The notes: generated by a model from the letters alone, not told the origin. Counted from the whole stretch's first letter, positions 34,395 to 46,268 are shown. The stretch: 60,233 nucleotides of DNA, filler included, from Sanchytrium tribonematis (GCA_018985235.1; 5 parts of 5 records of this genome joined end to end with filler, not necessarily neighbours in it); one strand, 5' to 3'. A program made the numbers and translations.

Positions 34395-35134
34395 ATGGCA
34401 GATCTTCTCAAACTCGCACCAGCTGGTCAAATTGAGCACATGGCATCTGATTTATCAGCATTAACAGGACAAGATTACACCAATGAGATCATCCAATATT
34501 TAGAATCCAATTTTTGTATTTTAAAATTAGATGATTTACCAGTCATGATCTCTCCATTCAACAAATCCAAACAAGAAGAAGATACAGTATACACAGATAT
34601 CCATGGTGTATTCAAATTATCCAAATCCACCCCAATTAAAGTATCCAATGCTCCAGAAAATGAATTATTCAAAATGTCCAATGAATTACAAGAATATGTC
34701 ACTGATTTTTACCCAAATGGCATTATTAGAGTATTTCATGATGAAAATGGCCACCATGTTCTCATCAATTCAACAGCTATCAAATTAAATGCATTTTGGA
34801 GTTCTCATTGGATTTCACATTACCATTTTCCAAAAGATGGCAACATCACAGCCACCATTAAAGTATTAATCCACTATTATGAAGATGGAAATGTGCAACA
34901 AACTGCAAATAAAACATTTACAATTGACCCAATTAAAGAATTTAACACTAAAAATGTATTGGATGTGATTAAAACTGTAGAACACAAATATCATGAACAA
35001 ATCAAGACTGCAGACATGACAGAGACATTTAAGAACTTGAGACGACAATTGCCATTGACTAAACAGGAAATTGAGTGGGAAAAAGTAATTTTAATTTGAT
35101 TTAGGTGGCTGGTTATCAAATGCTCAAGAAATAA
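34395..35134 (+). CDS. CAP1: F-actin capping protein alpha subunit; intron 35085-35104
   Basis: APAGQ, FWSSHW, HYYEDGNVQ, FKNLRRQLPLTKQEIEWEK|VAGYQ. Confidence 0.92.
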
Positions 35135-35161
35135 AATAAATATTTGATTTTAGGGATTTAC

Positions 35162-35869
35162 TTAAACAGGTAATCCATCAATTGTTGCTCCGGGAGCTCC
35201 CTCTTGCAAATTTATGACAATGGTTTGTCTAGATGCAGCCATTCGACACCAACTTAACAACACATTGATGTGGGCGCAGGCAAAAAGAACACCAAAAAAC
35301 AACATTGCAATCGCTCCTTTTCTACCTGTGTCGAAATGCTCCTTGGAAAAGTCATTCGCAACAAAATACACGCCTCCAAAAAACAAAAGGACTAACGTGA
35401 CTAAGATTTCAGCAGCATCCAGAGTACCAACCGGATGTGTGTGACTAACAGTAAAGGATCTGCTTGATGCCATTCGATGCATTCTCTTCTGCAATCTCTC
35501 AGGAATGACACATTGTTTCCCATTGTTGGCTTTTACAAAGCGAGCGAGATCTCTAGCTTGTACCTTTGTCAATTTCATACCTTGAAGAGCCATTCGTGCA
35601 GATTGTGCAATATCTTTTAAATTCGACTCAGAAATGGCTGCCTTTAAACGGGTTTTTAAACCATCATCAATCACAAGACACTCCTCAACGGGATTGGATA
35701 ACAAGCAAGTTTTCAGCGCATTTGGCTCAATGAGGTCGACATCAATACCTTCTTTTTCTAACAATGGCAGCAATGTAGTACCAATCAATATCTCCAAATT
35801 TGAGAAAGTTTGGGACAATTGAGGGTTGCCATTGAACATTGCGAGTGCAGTCAAAATTGAAAGTAACAT
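35162..35869 (-). CDS. Hypothetical protein: short signal peptide, KR site, two C-terminal TM segments
   Basis: MLLSILTALA; LQKR; ILVTLVLLFFGGVYFVA and AIAMLFFGVLFACAHI. Confidence 0.6.
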   Translation of the reverse strand: MLLSILTALAMFNGNPQLSQTFSNLEILIGTTLLPLLEKEGIDVDLIEPNALKTCLLSNPVEECLVIDDGLKTRLKAAISESNLKDIAQSARMALQGMKLTKVQARDLARFVKANNGKQCVIPERLQKRMHRMASSRSFTVSHTHPVGTLDAAEILVTLVLLFFGGVYFVANDFSKEHFDTGRKGAIAMLFFGVLFACAHINVLLSWCRMAASRQTIVINLQEGAPGATIDGLPV

Positions 35870-36143
35870 GGGGAAGTGCATTGCATTGCTTTTAATACAA
35901 ATAGGAGAACACGTGGTTGTACAAATATACCCCGCTGCTAATTGATTTGGCAGAACTTTGTCATACATAAAAATCGACTCGATTTGAAGCTGTCTTCTCA
36001 TACCAATTATAAGTAATTGTTGTGTTTGTAACTTACAAATTAGTTATTATTTTAACTTTAAAATAGATTTATTAAATGGCTGTTTGATTGCCCACTTTTG
36101 GCTTTTGTTTTCGCCACTGTCGAATGTTTAATATCAATTGCTG

Positions 36144-36243
36144 NNNNNNNNNNNNNNNNNNNNNNNNNNNNNNNNNNNNNNNNNNNNTTAATTAATTAAN
36201 NNNNNNNNNNNNNNNNNNNNNNNNNNNNNNNNNNNNNNNNNNN
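36144..36243. other. Artificial contig linker
   Basis: N run with TTAATTAATTAA. Confidence 0.97.
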
Positions 36244-36912
36244 TCTACAAGAATAGTGAAACAAATACTTGTTCAGATTTCCAAATGTGTCCAGATTGAG
36301 CTGAACAAGTTTCCATTCCTACCATCGCTAAAAGGACTTATCTTTGGATCATGTAGACTAATGGTGGAAGGTCAACTTATCGACACAATTACTCAGCCTG
36401 TTTTAATTCCACACGTTCAAACAATTGGTAGGTGTGATTTTTACGGCAGAAAAATGTTGTTAATTGTGGAAAAAGATGCTGTTTTCCAGAGTCTTGTACA
36501 ACTGAGTCTAAGTGGCTCAATAAGTAATCTGGTTTTGATTACCGGAAAAGGATTCCCAGACGGTAATACCACTAATTTTATTCAAAAATATGGAAGATTG
36601 TTTCAAACCGTTCACTGCTTGGTAGATTTGGATCCACATGGATTATGGATTTACAAGACTTATAGTAGAGCGGTTGCCTTTAGAGTTACCCTTATGAAAA
36701 TTCGAATCAAGGATTTCTGCGAGATGAACATGAATGCAAGAGATTATAAACTGCTAAGACAATTGTGCACTGATCCATTGACTCAAAAAATAGCTCAGCG
36801 TATGTTCATGACAGGATCTAAATTTGAGATTGAACAAATGTGTCAAGAAAGTATGATAGAATATATTGACTACTATACACTTGAGATGGAGTGTTTGCTT
36901 GATGACTTATAG
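36244..36912 (+). CDS. SPO11: 5'-partial meiotic double-strand-break protein Spo11 (TOPRIM domain)
   Basis: KGLIFG, LIVEKDAVF, LITGKGFPD, LVDLDPHG, KFEIE. Confidence 0.88.
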   Translation, partial: STRIVKQILVQISKCVQIELNKFPFLPSLKGLIFGSCRLMVEGQLIDTITQPVLIPHVQTIGRCDFYGRKMLLIVEKDAVFQSLVQLSLSGSISNLVLITGKGFPDGNTTNFIQKYGRLFQTVHCLVDLDPHGLWIYKTYSRAVAFRVTLMKIRIKDFCEMNMNARDYKLLRQLCTDPLTQKIAQRMFMTGSKFEIEQMCQESMIEYIDYYTLEMECLLDDL

Positions 36913-36937
36913 TAAAATGTTTTATACCCAAACGGGG

Positions 36938-37387
36938 ATGATACTGTTGTACACTTTCATCCTTGCCATAAAATTTCGATGTTTAAATAACTTGAAAATA
37001 GTTGCACCCAATGAGCAAGATGTATGGAAGACTAATCAAAATATGACTATCAAATGGACTAGCAAACACGATACCTTTTCACCTGTTCATATTTTACTTC
37101 TTCAAATGCCAGCAAATCAAACAGATACTCCATACAATAGATTGCTTCCAGATGCTACTCAATTTTTAGCTGATCCACTTTACACAAATGACACTGAAGT
37201 GTCTGTTAAGCTTAAGGAAAATTTACCAGACGGCGATCGATATTATGTGAGAGTTTTATATATGAATAAGACAGACAAGGATGCATATTATAGTTGCTCT
37301 CCATTTTTTAAGATAGACTCATTGAGCGCCTCTTCTTGTTTAATGAATGTGATGTGGTCATGGGCTTTAATTTTGTTTTTTCAATAA
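36938..37387 (+). CDS. Small secreted/GPI protein, Kre9/Knh1 N-terminal Ig-like
   Basis: MILLYTFILA; P....W..NQ..TIKW; GDRYYV; YSCSPFFKI; hydrophobic tail. Confidence 0.65.
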   Translation: MILLYTFILAIKFRCLNNLKIVAPNEQDVWKTNQNMTIKWTSKHDTFSPVHILLLQMPANQTDTPYNRLLPDATQFLADPLYTNDTEVSVKLKENLPDGDRYYVRVLYMNKTDKDAYYSCSPFFKIDSLSASSCLMNVMWSWALILFFQ

Positions 37388-37416
37388 AAAAGTTTATTAA
37401 TCGAAACACTCCTAAT

Positions 37417-38136
37417 ATGAACCATCAAGATTGGCTTTCATCATTCTTATTGCAGCCAGCATCTAAATATTTTGTGATAATAGATTATGAATACCTAAAT
37501 AGCATCTCCCATCAATATTTAAATGAAATACCTTATGGAGAATTTGCTAAAAAACGTATTTTGAATCAAGAATTTAATGAAGCCGATATACCTAACGAAG
37601 GTCTTATGGAGAGCGCAGCCGAAATGCTCTATGGCATCGTTCATCAGGATTTTATTAAGACCGATAAAGGTTTAGATCTGATGAAAATTAAATTTATGAA
37701 AAAAGAATTCGGCTCATGTCCCAGAATTTATTGCCGGAATACCCCACTACTGCCTTTCGGTTTATTCGATAAACCTGGAATGGAGAATGTTAAACTTTTA
37801 TGTTGCAATTGTTTGGACTTGTATAGAACAAATGGTGTAATGGAAATTCTGGACGGAGCCTTTTTTGGAAACAAATATGCAAGTTTTTTCTTTGAAAAGT
37901 TTGAAATGGAACTGCTAAATCTTGCTAAATTTACTGCAGATGACTCGTCTTCAGACTCATTCATAACTAGTGAAGCCTCTTCCATATCAATACAAAGCAT
38001 CCATGAATCCTTAAATGACCAAGTTATGTATATACCACGTATATTTGGATTTCGAGTCAATGAAAATGCAGAACATGGCCCCAAAAATGCCTGGCTGCGG
38101 AGTGCTCCTGGAATAGATTACCGCAAAGGGATATAG
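37417..38136 (+). CDS. Casein kinase II regulatory (beta) subunit
   Basis: AEMLYGIVH, FGSCPRIYC, VKLLCCNCLDLY, LDGAFFG, YIPRIFGFRV. Confidence 0.93.
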   Translation: MNHQDWLSSFLLQPASKYFVIIDYEYLNSISHQYLNEIPYGEFAKKRILNQEFNEADIPNEGLMESAAEMLYGIVHQDFIKTDKGLDLMKIKFMKKEFGSCPRIYCRNTPLLPFGLFDKPGMENVKLLCCNCLDLYRTNGVMEILDGAFFGNKYASFFFEKFEMELLNLAKFTADDSSSDSFITSEASSISIQSIHESLNDQVMYIPRIFGFRVNENAEHGPKNAWLRSAPGIDYRKGI

Positions 38137-38168
38137 TAAATAATTTCTGTAAATGTTCAAGGCCAAAA

Positions 38169-38614
38169 ATGAGTTTATCTGAATTTCAAATTTGCAAATC
38201 ACCCTCAGTACTCCATCTAAGCGAAATATTCAGCCAGACTCACCAAATAAAAGAATGAAGATAATGCAAAGAGCAAACTCAATTGATTTTTATGATGACG
38301 TTTTTTGCGAATCAGCTGAAGCTAAAAGAGAAAAAAGGATTGAAATGAATATCAAAAAAATCCAATTCGCCTCTCATAAAAGGTTACTTAAAATGATAAA
38401 TAAAACGCAGAAAACTTGTTTTAAAAACAAGAGTAAAAAATTCCACAAAAAAAGCATTAGTTTACACACCACTTTAAACCACAAGCTTAAGTTAAACGCC
38501 AAGGATGACTACAACTCAATCAAGAGTACGGAATATTTGGAGATGATAACCAGTTTTGAATTCGATTGCGACTTTTGGCTCGGTTGTTCTGGTACAGAGT
38601 ATTCTTTTAACTAA
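38169..38614 (+). CDS. Hypothetical basic protein; start uncertain (possible 1-nt frameshift near 38190)
   Basis: ORF 38192..38614. ATG 38169 (MSLSEFQ) joins it if one A is added. Confidence 0.4.
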
Positions 38615-38649
38615 GTCACCAATTGTAATTGAAAAAAGAAAAATCAGAT

Positions 38650-40168
38650 TTATTCTTCACTCTGAAGGGTAGCCTTCTTCTCTTTGAGCAAATCCTTAAT
38701 CGTGAAAACATGCCGCTTTATATTATTTAATGCATCAGCCCATTCATTGACTAAATCATTGGTCAATTTTTCACACGACGATTTTTCTTCAATCAAAGTA
38801 TCAATACCGTTGAAAAGGGAAGTCGAATCTATTTCATAACCTTCAAGTTTTTGTTTTTTCCTTTGAAGCTGGTCAAGTAAACCTTTAGAATTCAGCAACT
38901 TTTCTTCAATTGACTGTTTTTGTTGCAAAAGCGCAGAATCTAGATGATCCAGTTGTTCAATAAGCTGTGTTGTATAATTGGAAAGGTTCTAGATAAGTCA
39001 AAAATACCTTTCTGTGATGTTCATAGTGCTGATTAAAGTGTTTGAGCTGATCTTGTAAAGTGGAAATGTCATGTTCCATTTCAGCAATATTTTCCGCTAT
39101 TTTCTCAATATTTTCTTTAATAGTTGTTATTTGTTCTTGAAAAGCGTGATTTTGGCCGACTAATTGAAGTTTATACTCAGAATAGCTCTGAAAAATAGCA
39201 TCTAATGCAATTGGGCCTTCAACTTGTCCAGTAGCAAAATTGACAGATATAGGCTTTGGATCAGGTAAAGAATATGTAAGTTGCATGTACTCTTGCGAAA
39301 CTCGATCAAGCTCATCCGTAACTTTTTGAAGCTGAATTTCCAGTTCCCAAATAGAGTTGTTTTTCTTCTCGATAGTCTTCTGAGATTGATTCAAGCTATT
39401 AGAAAGAGATTCTTTTTGAGCAATCAAATGATCGTGGGTGGGCAAAATTTCTAAAGAGGCCAATTTTGATTCTGCCGCATCCAATTGCTCTTGTTTGTTA
39501 TTGATATCATTCTGCATACTTAAAAGATTGTTTTGAATCAGATTTTCTTTTTCTCTCAGTTGCTCCATATATTTCTCAAATTCAGCCAAGTCACTTAATA
39601 AATTGGAATGCGTTTCTTTGTATTTTGGGAGCTCCGGTTGAAACTTTTGCAGTTCTTTTTCGTAAAATTCACATTCCCTTTGCATTTCCCTGACATCTTG
39701 AACATTGTAAAATTCCATAAGTTGATTTTGAAAAGTAGTAAAATGCCCACTAAAATCATCTTCCCCTTGGATATAGTCTTGGTAGCAATTTATCAAATAT
39801 TCAAGTGTGGGATCCGTATCCTCTGTTTGCTCTCTGATATGTACGATCAAATCGTGTAAGAATACCAACATTTGAAGACAATATGGCCAGCTTTGGGAAG
39901 CACCAGGACTATTTAAATGCTGTTTAACTTGATCAATATTTGGGTATTTAAGTTGTTTTAGTATAATTACCATATCCTCTTGAATTCTCTTCTTATATTG
40001 ATATAGCGGATTTAATTGGCGGTACATCATTTGAAAAATTGCAGTGAATTCCTTTAGTGTTGGGGACTTTAATTGTTTATCTCCTAAACTTGGGCAATAT
40101 GGTTTTATAACCTGTATCGATTGATTTATGACTTCTTTTGATTTGACATTCCGTTGATCTCGTAACAT
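38650..40168 (-). CDS. NDC80: Kinetochore protein Ndc80/Hec1; intron 38989-39007
   Basis: DQRNVKSK, LKSPTLKEF..IF, LKQLKYP, PGASQSWP..L.ML, then long coiled coil. Splicing joins ORF 38650..38928. Confidence 0.88.
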
Positions 40169-40226
40169 TTTCGAATTGTTTCTAAAATATTTTGCAACAA
40201 ATTTGCCCACAAATTGTCGCTCCTAA

Positions 40227-41612
40227 ATGTTTATCATCAACCCACCACTGGGAACTATAATTTGGACAGATGTACTTGATATAATGGTATATTCAGAACT
40301 TTGGGAACATTTTTATTTATGGCACAATTTTGATGACAACTCTACTTGGAAATCGATTCCCTTCAAGAAAATCAAGGATTACTATGCTATTCATCTCACA
40401 CCCAAAAATTCAGGTGAATGCACTGTTTACGCTATTGATCGCAACAGCAATGATATACATTGGCTTGGAAATTTTGGAGAAAATATCATCTACAATTCCA
40501 AATTAAAACCGTTTCTAACTTTTAATGTTGATGACTGGTGGTACTATCCACAGATCTCTTATCTTGAAATATCAAATATTAATACGGAAAAGATCGGAAA
40601 TACTGGAATTCCAAATTTTTTACAGGGAACCGGGTGCTGCACTTGGGAATCTTTGAAGCCCTTTTACAATTTTGACCAAGTTGACAATTTCATCACGAAT
40701 TTCAATTCTGTGGTTGATTGGATAATTTTGGATGACGGCTGGCAAAATGTCAATCCATTAAACAACCGCCTTGTTACTTTTTCATTTAAAGATTATAAAA
40801 TATTAAAATTTATTGATAGCTGCAAACAAAGACATATTCAAGTAGGGCTATGGTTGCATTCAACAGGATATTGGGGCGGTATTGACATGAAAGGCTTCCC
40901 TTCTGAATCAATCGAACTCGCGAAACCTGTTCAACAGGTGCACAATTTATCTTTCCCAAATCGTTTAAACGTTATAAAATTATTTTACACCAAATATTTT
41001 CAATATTACAAAGATCTTGGAATACAATTTATAAAATTGGACGGGCAGAATATATTTAGTTTACTCAAGGATAAACAATTAGGAAATGAAATTTTAAAAG
41101 TCATGCACTCTTGCGCCTCAAGTATATTTGGAGATAATGTTATTCACTGTATGTGTCACTCCGAATTTAATCTTGGTTTGATTCGCAACAATTATAAAAA
41201 TCAAATAATTCGTTCTAGTCAAGATTACGTTCCACAAATTCCATCTTTAAAATTTTCACACTATTTTAACAATATATTAAACAGTTCCTACTTTCGTAAG
41301 CTGGGTTTTACTTGTGATTTCGACATGGTAGATGGAGATGATTACGATCAGATTTTACTGCGTCTAATTTCTCATTCCCCACTTTATTTTAGCTCACCCT
41401 TTACCATAGATTTACCACCCAGAGTGCCTTTATTCAAGTTGGAATCTTTCTCAGATATGCATTTGTCGATTTCAGCGATTAAAAGCAATGATTTCGACCC
41501 TAATATACAAATTTTGGCTACACCAGATGATATCAACATCTGGTTAAATAGTAATATTTGCAGTGCATTAGACTTAATCCTGTTTCTAGCTTCTGATAAC
41601 AAATGGCACTAA
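40227..41612 (+). CDS. Raffinose synthase / Sip1-like GH36 alpha-galactosidase; 3' end uncertain
   Basis: GCCTWES, IILDDGWQ, GYWGGI, KLDGQ, IHCMC, RSSQDY, DFDM. Confidence 0.82.
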   Translation: MFIINPPLGTIIWTDVLDIMVYSELWEHFYLWHNFDDNSTWKSIPFKKIKDYYAIHLTPKNSGECTVYAIDRNSNDIHWLGNFGENIIYNSKLKPFLTFNVDDWWYYPQISYLEISNINTEKIGNTGIPNFLQGTGCCTWESLKPFYNFDQVDNFITNFNSVVDWIILDDGWQNVNPLNNRLVTFSFKDYKILKFIDSCKQRHIQVGLWLHSTGYWGGIDMKGFPSESIELAKPVQQVHNLSFPNRLNVIKLFYTKYFQYYKDLGIQFIKLDGQNIFSLLKDKQLGNEILKVMHSCASSIFGDNVIHCMCHSEFNLGLIRNNYKNQIIRSSQDYVPQIPSLKFSHYFNNILNSSYFRKLGFTCDFDMVDGDDYDQILLRLISHSPLYFSSPFTIDLPPRVPLFKLESFSDMHLSISAIKSNDFDPNIQILATPDDINIWLNSNICSALDLILFLASDNKWH

Positions 41613-42128
41613 ATCATACAAAAAATCGTGGATTACTTCAAAAAGCTACAGGCTTCTGTCGCTAGACTATTCAAATTAAGAAAATTTAATCCTATTTGTT
41701 AACAATTTATGAGAGTTGCAACAGATGAAAGGAAATAATGAGACACATTGCAAATGGGAACATCGAGGTAGGTTGTAGGTTTGTTTAAATTATGTATTTT
41801 GACAAAAACAAGGAAACCCTTACAGCGGACAACGTGAATTCAGCACATCTGAGATTTCAAGTCGTTGATAGCAATGAACCTTTTAAAAGAATAAAAAACC
41901 GGTAAACTTCAAATTATTTGCAATCGTCGCATCGAATGGAAGATGAGAAGTTACAAACAAGAAAAAACTATTAACATTAAAATTTGTACTTTTAAGCTAC
42001 TCCCACAGCGACCCTGACTAAGCTTAACCACCTTTTTAAACGAGACTTTTTCTAATTAAAGCCTTTCCTGATTCTGATTGGATCAAAACACGTGCTTTGA
42101 ATACACTTTGAGAGTCGCTCGAATACTC

Positions 42129-42273
42129 ATACTTACCTTGCGGTGGTTGTTCATATCACATAGTTGAACAATCCAAAGACTGATTTTATCATAGCACTTT
42201 CGATAATTGATGTCTGTGGGAACGCTTCGGTGTCTCCACCGTTAAATTTTTGTGCGTCCATGTATTTGGGCAT
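42129..42273 (+). ncRNA. U1: U1 spliceosomal snRNA
   Basis: 5' ATACTTACCT. SL1 GGTTGTTCA..TGAACAATC with ATCAC loop; SL2 loop ATAGCAC; SL3 with TTCG loop; helix GCGG/CCGT; Sm site AATTTTTG; terminal hairpin. Confidence 0.9.
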
Positions 42274-42525
42274 CCCTTACTTATTTTTAAACTAAATTTT
42301 GTAAAAAATCCAAAAAAGAATAACTGCTTTCTTTTAATAATTCATTTATTGATTTAGGTATAAATCTCTGGCGTGTCGTTTCCGGCGGTTGTCAATTCGG
42401 TGCTGCCTGAAGTTCTAATTTGTATGATACTTGACAGGTCTTCTTTTCTTTGCTTGATTCTAAAATAGGCAATTCGTTTATATAGCCAAAAACAAAGAAT
42501 GTTCTAATTTTGGACCAATCGGAAA

Positions 42526-42768
42526 TTAGTGGTGACCAACACCTTTTTGAGCCATCTCTGCCTGACTTTTTTTCAAACCTTTTGCAAGCTCTTTACCTAA
42601 TTCAATACCATCAAGCAGACCGTCTCTAAAACCATCATTAAAACCTTTTTGAAGTTCTGATTCAAATTCTATATTTCTCACCATGTCTTTTTGAACTTTT
42701 TCGACGTGTCTGTTGAATTCAATTTGTTGACAATGTTTCTCGAATGAATTCTGATCCCATTCTTCCAT
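42526..42768 (-). CDS. Small Yae1/Lto1-like protein (GxxxG deca-repeat)
   Basis: LQKGFNDGFRDGLLDGIELG motif. Confidence 0.45.
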   Translation of the reverse strand: MEEWDQNSFEKHCQQIEFNRHVEKVQKDMVRNIEFESELQKGFNDGFRDGLLDGIELGKELAKGLKKSQAEMAQKGVGHH

Positions 42769-42830
42769 TGAGAGTTTCCTCCTTTTAATTTTGATGATGT
42801 TATGATATTTTTAGGTCCTAGGCCAAAAAG

Positions 42831-43703
42831 ATGCCAGATCGATCAGATGTGAAATTTGAAGCTCTATCTTATTTAAAAAACAGCCCTTATTTCAATCAGA
42901 AATCTAAATTGACCGCCTTACAGGTAGAACCAACAAGAGAATCGACAGATCTTTCAAAGATTGTTGAGAAAATTATTCATGGAAAGCCATTGCTTTGTAC
43001 TGAAATACCAATACAGAATAGCTTGCTTCCATTTATCAAAGGTATAAAAAGAGAAAAGGCTAAGTTTAAACAGCAGGTGGATATAACCAATAAGCTGCAA
43101 TTAGACATAAAATGGTTACAAGATAAATATAAAGACCTTAAAAAAACCAGCAACGCTATGTCCAGCTATCATGATAATGGGGTTGTGCAATTGGAAAGGT
43201 TGCTAGATAATGGTCCACTTTTTGATAACGATCTATACAAATCCTTGATGCATGAGAACTCGCAGTTAAAAAAAGACAACAATATGTTGAAACTTACTAA
43301 TAAGGGCCAGGAGGAGCTTTTAAGTTACCTAAATAAGGATAGAGAAAATTTGACGAACAAAATATCTATTTTTCGTTCAAGTTTCAGTCAGCTTGAGTCT
43401 CAATTTAAGAAGACCAAGGCAGCTCACCAGGAAACGCTATCACGATTAAAACTTTGTGATAATCAAAATTTCAGCCTTCCAAATTCCTGCAAGCATGCTT
43501 TCACCCAAACTACAATATTTTCGACGACTTTAAAAACAAGCGAGCTAGTTTCTCAACTTGAAATTTTAAAATCTAAAGTAGAAGAATCAGCTGAATCTTC
43601 GAAATGCAAAGACATTGAGCTAGATGCATTGAGATCTCAAAATTCTTTATTGAGAAAAGAGTTAGCCGAAACAATGCAATTGATAGATCAATTTCAAAAA
43701 TAA
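42831..43703 (+). CDS. Hypothetical coiled-coil protein
   Basis: 290-aa ORF with heptad-rich sequence; stop within AATAAA. Confidence 0.65.
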   Translation: MPDRSDVKFEALSYLKNSPYFNQKSKLTALQVEPTRESTDLSKIVEKIIHGKPLLCTEIPIQNSLLPFIKGIKREKAKFKQQVDITNKLQLDIKWLQDKYKDLKKTSNAMSSYHDNGVVQLERLLDNGPLFDNDLYKSLMHENSQLKKDNNMLKLTNKGQEELLSYLNKDRENLTNKISIFRSSFSQLESQFKKTKAAHQETLSRLKLCDNQNFSLPNSCKHAFTQTTIFSTTLKTSELVSQLEILKSKVEESAESSKCKDIELDALRSQNSLLRKELAETMQLIDQFQK

Positions 43704-43720
43704 ATTTATTTTGTATACAT

Positions 43721-45965
43721 CTAAAATTTTAGTATATTCATTAAAGCATATCCAACTGTGTTTATAACAATCATGCTTATAATTGATGCTGGTACGCCAA
43801 TTCTCAAAAAATCCTTCGTAGAAAGATACCTCATTCCAGTATTTGGATCCTCTACACTTACGGCATGCATATTAGGAAAGCCACTTATCGGAAGAGCCAT
43901 TGCAGCACTACAAATCAAGCCCATTCCCATAACTAGTAGCTTAGAGTGATCGGCCCCGTTTCTAGCTAGCACCAAACCAATTTCTCTTACCATTGGAAGT
44001 ATTATTAATGCAGCTACAGTGTGGGAAATCATACTCGCAGCAATTAAAGTGAAGCTACTGAAAAGCACTAAAATCTCTAAAGTGTTCATTCCAACCGTCA
44101 TTAAAGAGAGTTCTTGAGCGATAAGTCTAAGTAAACCCGTATTTTCAATTGATTTTCCTAGTAATATGCCCCCTTGAGCCAATACAACAACACTCTAAAT
44201 TAATATGAAGTACCCAAAGCAAATCGTTGAAATCGTTTTTGTTTAAAAAACCGAGCCCAAAATAAAATATTATAGGTATCAAACTTATTATTGAAACGTC
44301 TCCAACATAAGGCTTTAAAAGAGGTGTAGCTATCCATAAGCAAAGAATAATCGTACTTGATATAATTATTATCCATTGAGTCGGATCATAAAATTTAAAT
44401 ATACTGCGTTTTTGAGAAGCAGAAACAGACAAAAGCGGTCGCTCCACTTCATCATCTGCTTCAACCTCATCATCATCTACGCTTTCGGTCTTTTTGGAGT
44501 AGTGCGAATGTCTGTCTTCTTCATCCTCTGTATCATCAATAATATATTTATCTGGTTTAATTAAAAGCACGATGATGATAAAAATTAGAGTATTACAAAG
44601 CAAGCAAACAGGGACGGCTACAAATAACCATTCGAGCCATTTTGCACTCATCAAATGAATTGTGATAATATTTTGGGGGCTTGCAATTGGCGATATCATA
44701 CCACCAATATTAGAACTCATTGCTATTCCTAAAATTAAAGCTTTTCCAATATTGCTGCTAAGAGACGTTTTCTTCAATACAGAATGAATTAATGATGTGC
44801 ACAGAACTGGCGCAGCAACATTAGAAACGATTCCAGACATAAATGTGGCAAGATTCATTAGCACAAATAAGACTTTGTAGGTATTGTGATTGCAGTGTTT
44901 TACAGCTAAATCGCATGGTCCTTGTAATATTCGGTATTTTGATAATGCCGAAGCTATAGTAAATCCACCAAGAAGTAGAATAATAATTGGCGAATAGAAC
45001 ATTTGCGTAAAAATTAGTTTGGCAGCAACGTCTGCTGGCAAAACGCCAGTCTCATCGATCAAAATTTTGTTAGTTACTAGTAAAAAAGGAATCAATAACG
45101 CTGTTGTATAAAGCGGAAGCGCTTCTGTTGCCCACAAATAAACTATACTCAATAGCACTCCGAAACACCTATTTTGGTAATCTGTGTGATGCGTGAAATT
45201 GTCAATAAATTGAAATTGAGGAATCCCGAAAAGTAAGAGGCTGAAAATTGCAAAATGTACTACAAAATGTAAAACGTTCCTCCAAGTTATTTTGTAATCA
45301 TAGTTATCCTGCCATTTCTTAACAGTTGTTGTTTCTTGCATTTCCTTCCATACAGTGTTTTTTGTGTAAACTATCAAATCATCCATAGTTCGTTCTAGAT
45401 ATTTTTGACAATAATCTTCTGACTGATTGGTCAGGTGGGCGTATTTTGCGACCGTCGCTGATTTCAGTGCCGACAATTGATCATTATTACAGTACCAGGT
45501 ATCTTTCGAAACCTGGTCCATAAATATATGAGATACTTTGGTTAAATTCAGCTTGTCGTACTTTTTGCAGATTTTACGCAAGCCACTATAATTTAGTTTT
45601 GAGTAATTTTGAAGATGACATAAATATTGAAAATAAAGTACTAGATCGTGTTCAGAGTGATCGCGATCAATTGGTAGTATTTGAAAGCTGGATATATTTA
45701 TCGATAAAGGCAATTTTTTCTTAGTCTTTATGTGTGGAGTTTCTAAATATTCAAAATCTTCATTCCAATTTTCTTTTGCGGCCATAACTTCGAGATGAGA
45801 TAGAATGGAATCGTAAAATTCTGATATTTTGGCACGCTCGTCTTGTAGTATTGACAAAAAAGAATTAATCGGTAGACCAAGTTGTTTTTTTAAACTGGAA
45901 TAATTAATGTAGTAGTCTTTCCACTGCTCTTTTGTGTTTCTTTCGAGAGAGGAAGCAAATTTCAT
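43721..45965 (-). CDS. SPX-domain low-affinity phosphate transporter (Pho87/90/91 family); intron 44195-44213
   Basis: MKF..W..YYINYSSLKK, LNYSGLRKICKKYDK, WATEALP, SNVAAP, SPIASPQN, LPISGFPN. Splicing gives LLW|SVVVLAQGG. Confidence 0.93.
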
Positions 45966-46268
45966 CAAGATGTTACACGGATTGTTTTGTCATTGACATT
46001 TGTCGACAATTCATCCTAAATAATTAACTCGAAGATATCATAATAAAATCTAAATAACATAATTTATTTGCAATCAGTTTAACGATAAATAGAAAATTTT
46101 ATACTTAATTAAGACTCAACAAGGGGAATGGTATTCTCGGGAATCTACAACTGAATTATGTTAAGTCTATCACCTCTATATCTAGTCAAATATTGGCTTA
46201 AAAAATTCAGTCTTAATCTACATTAGGATAACCCCTTTCAAGTCTCCCGTATTGGATTTGCGTAAATT

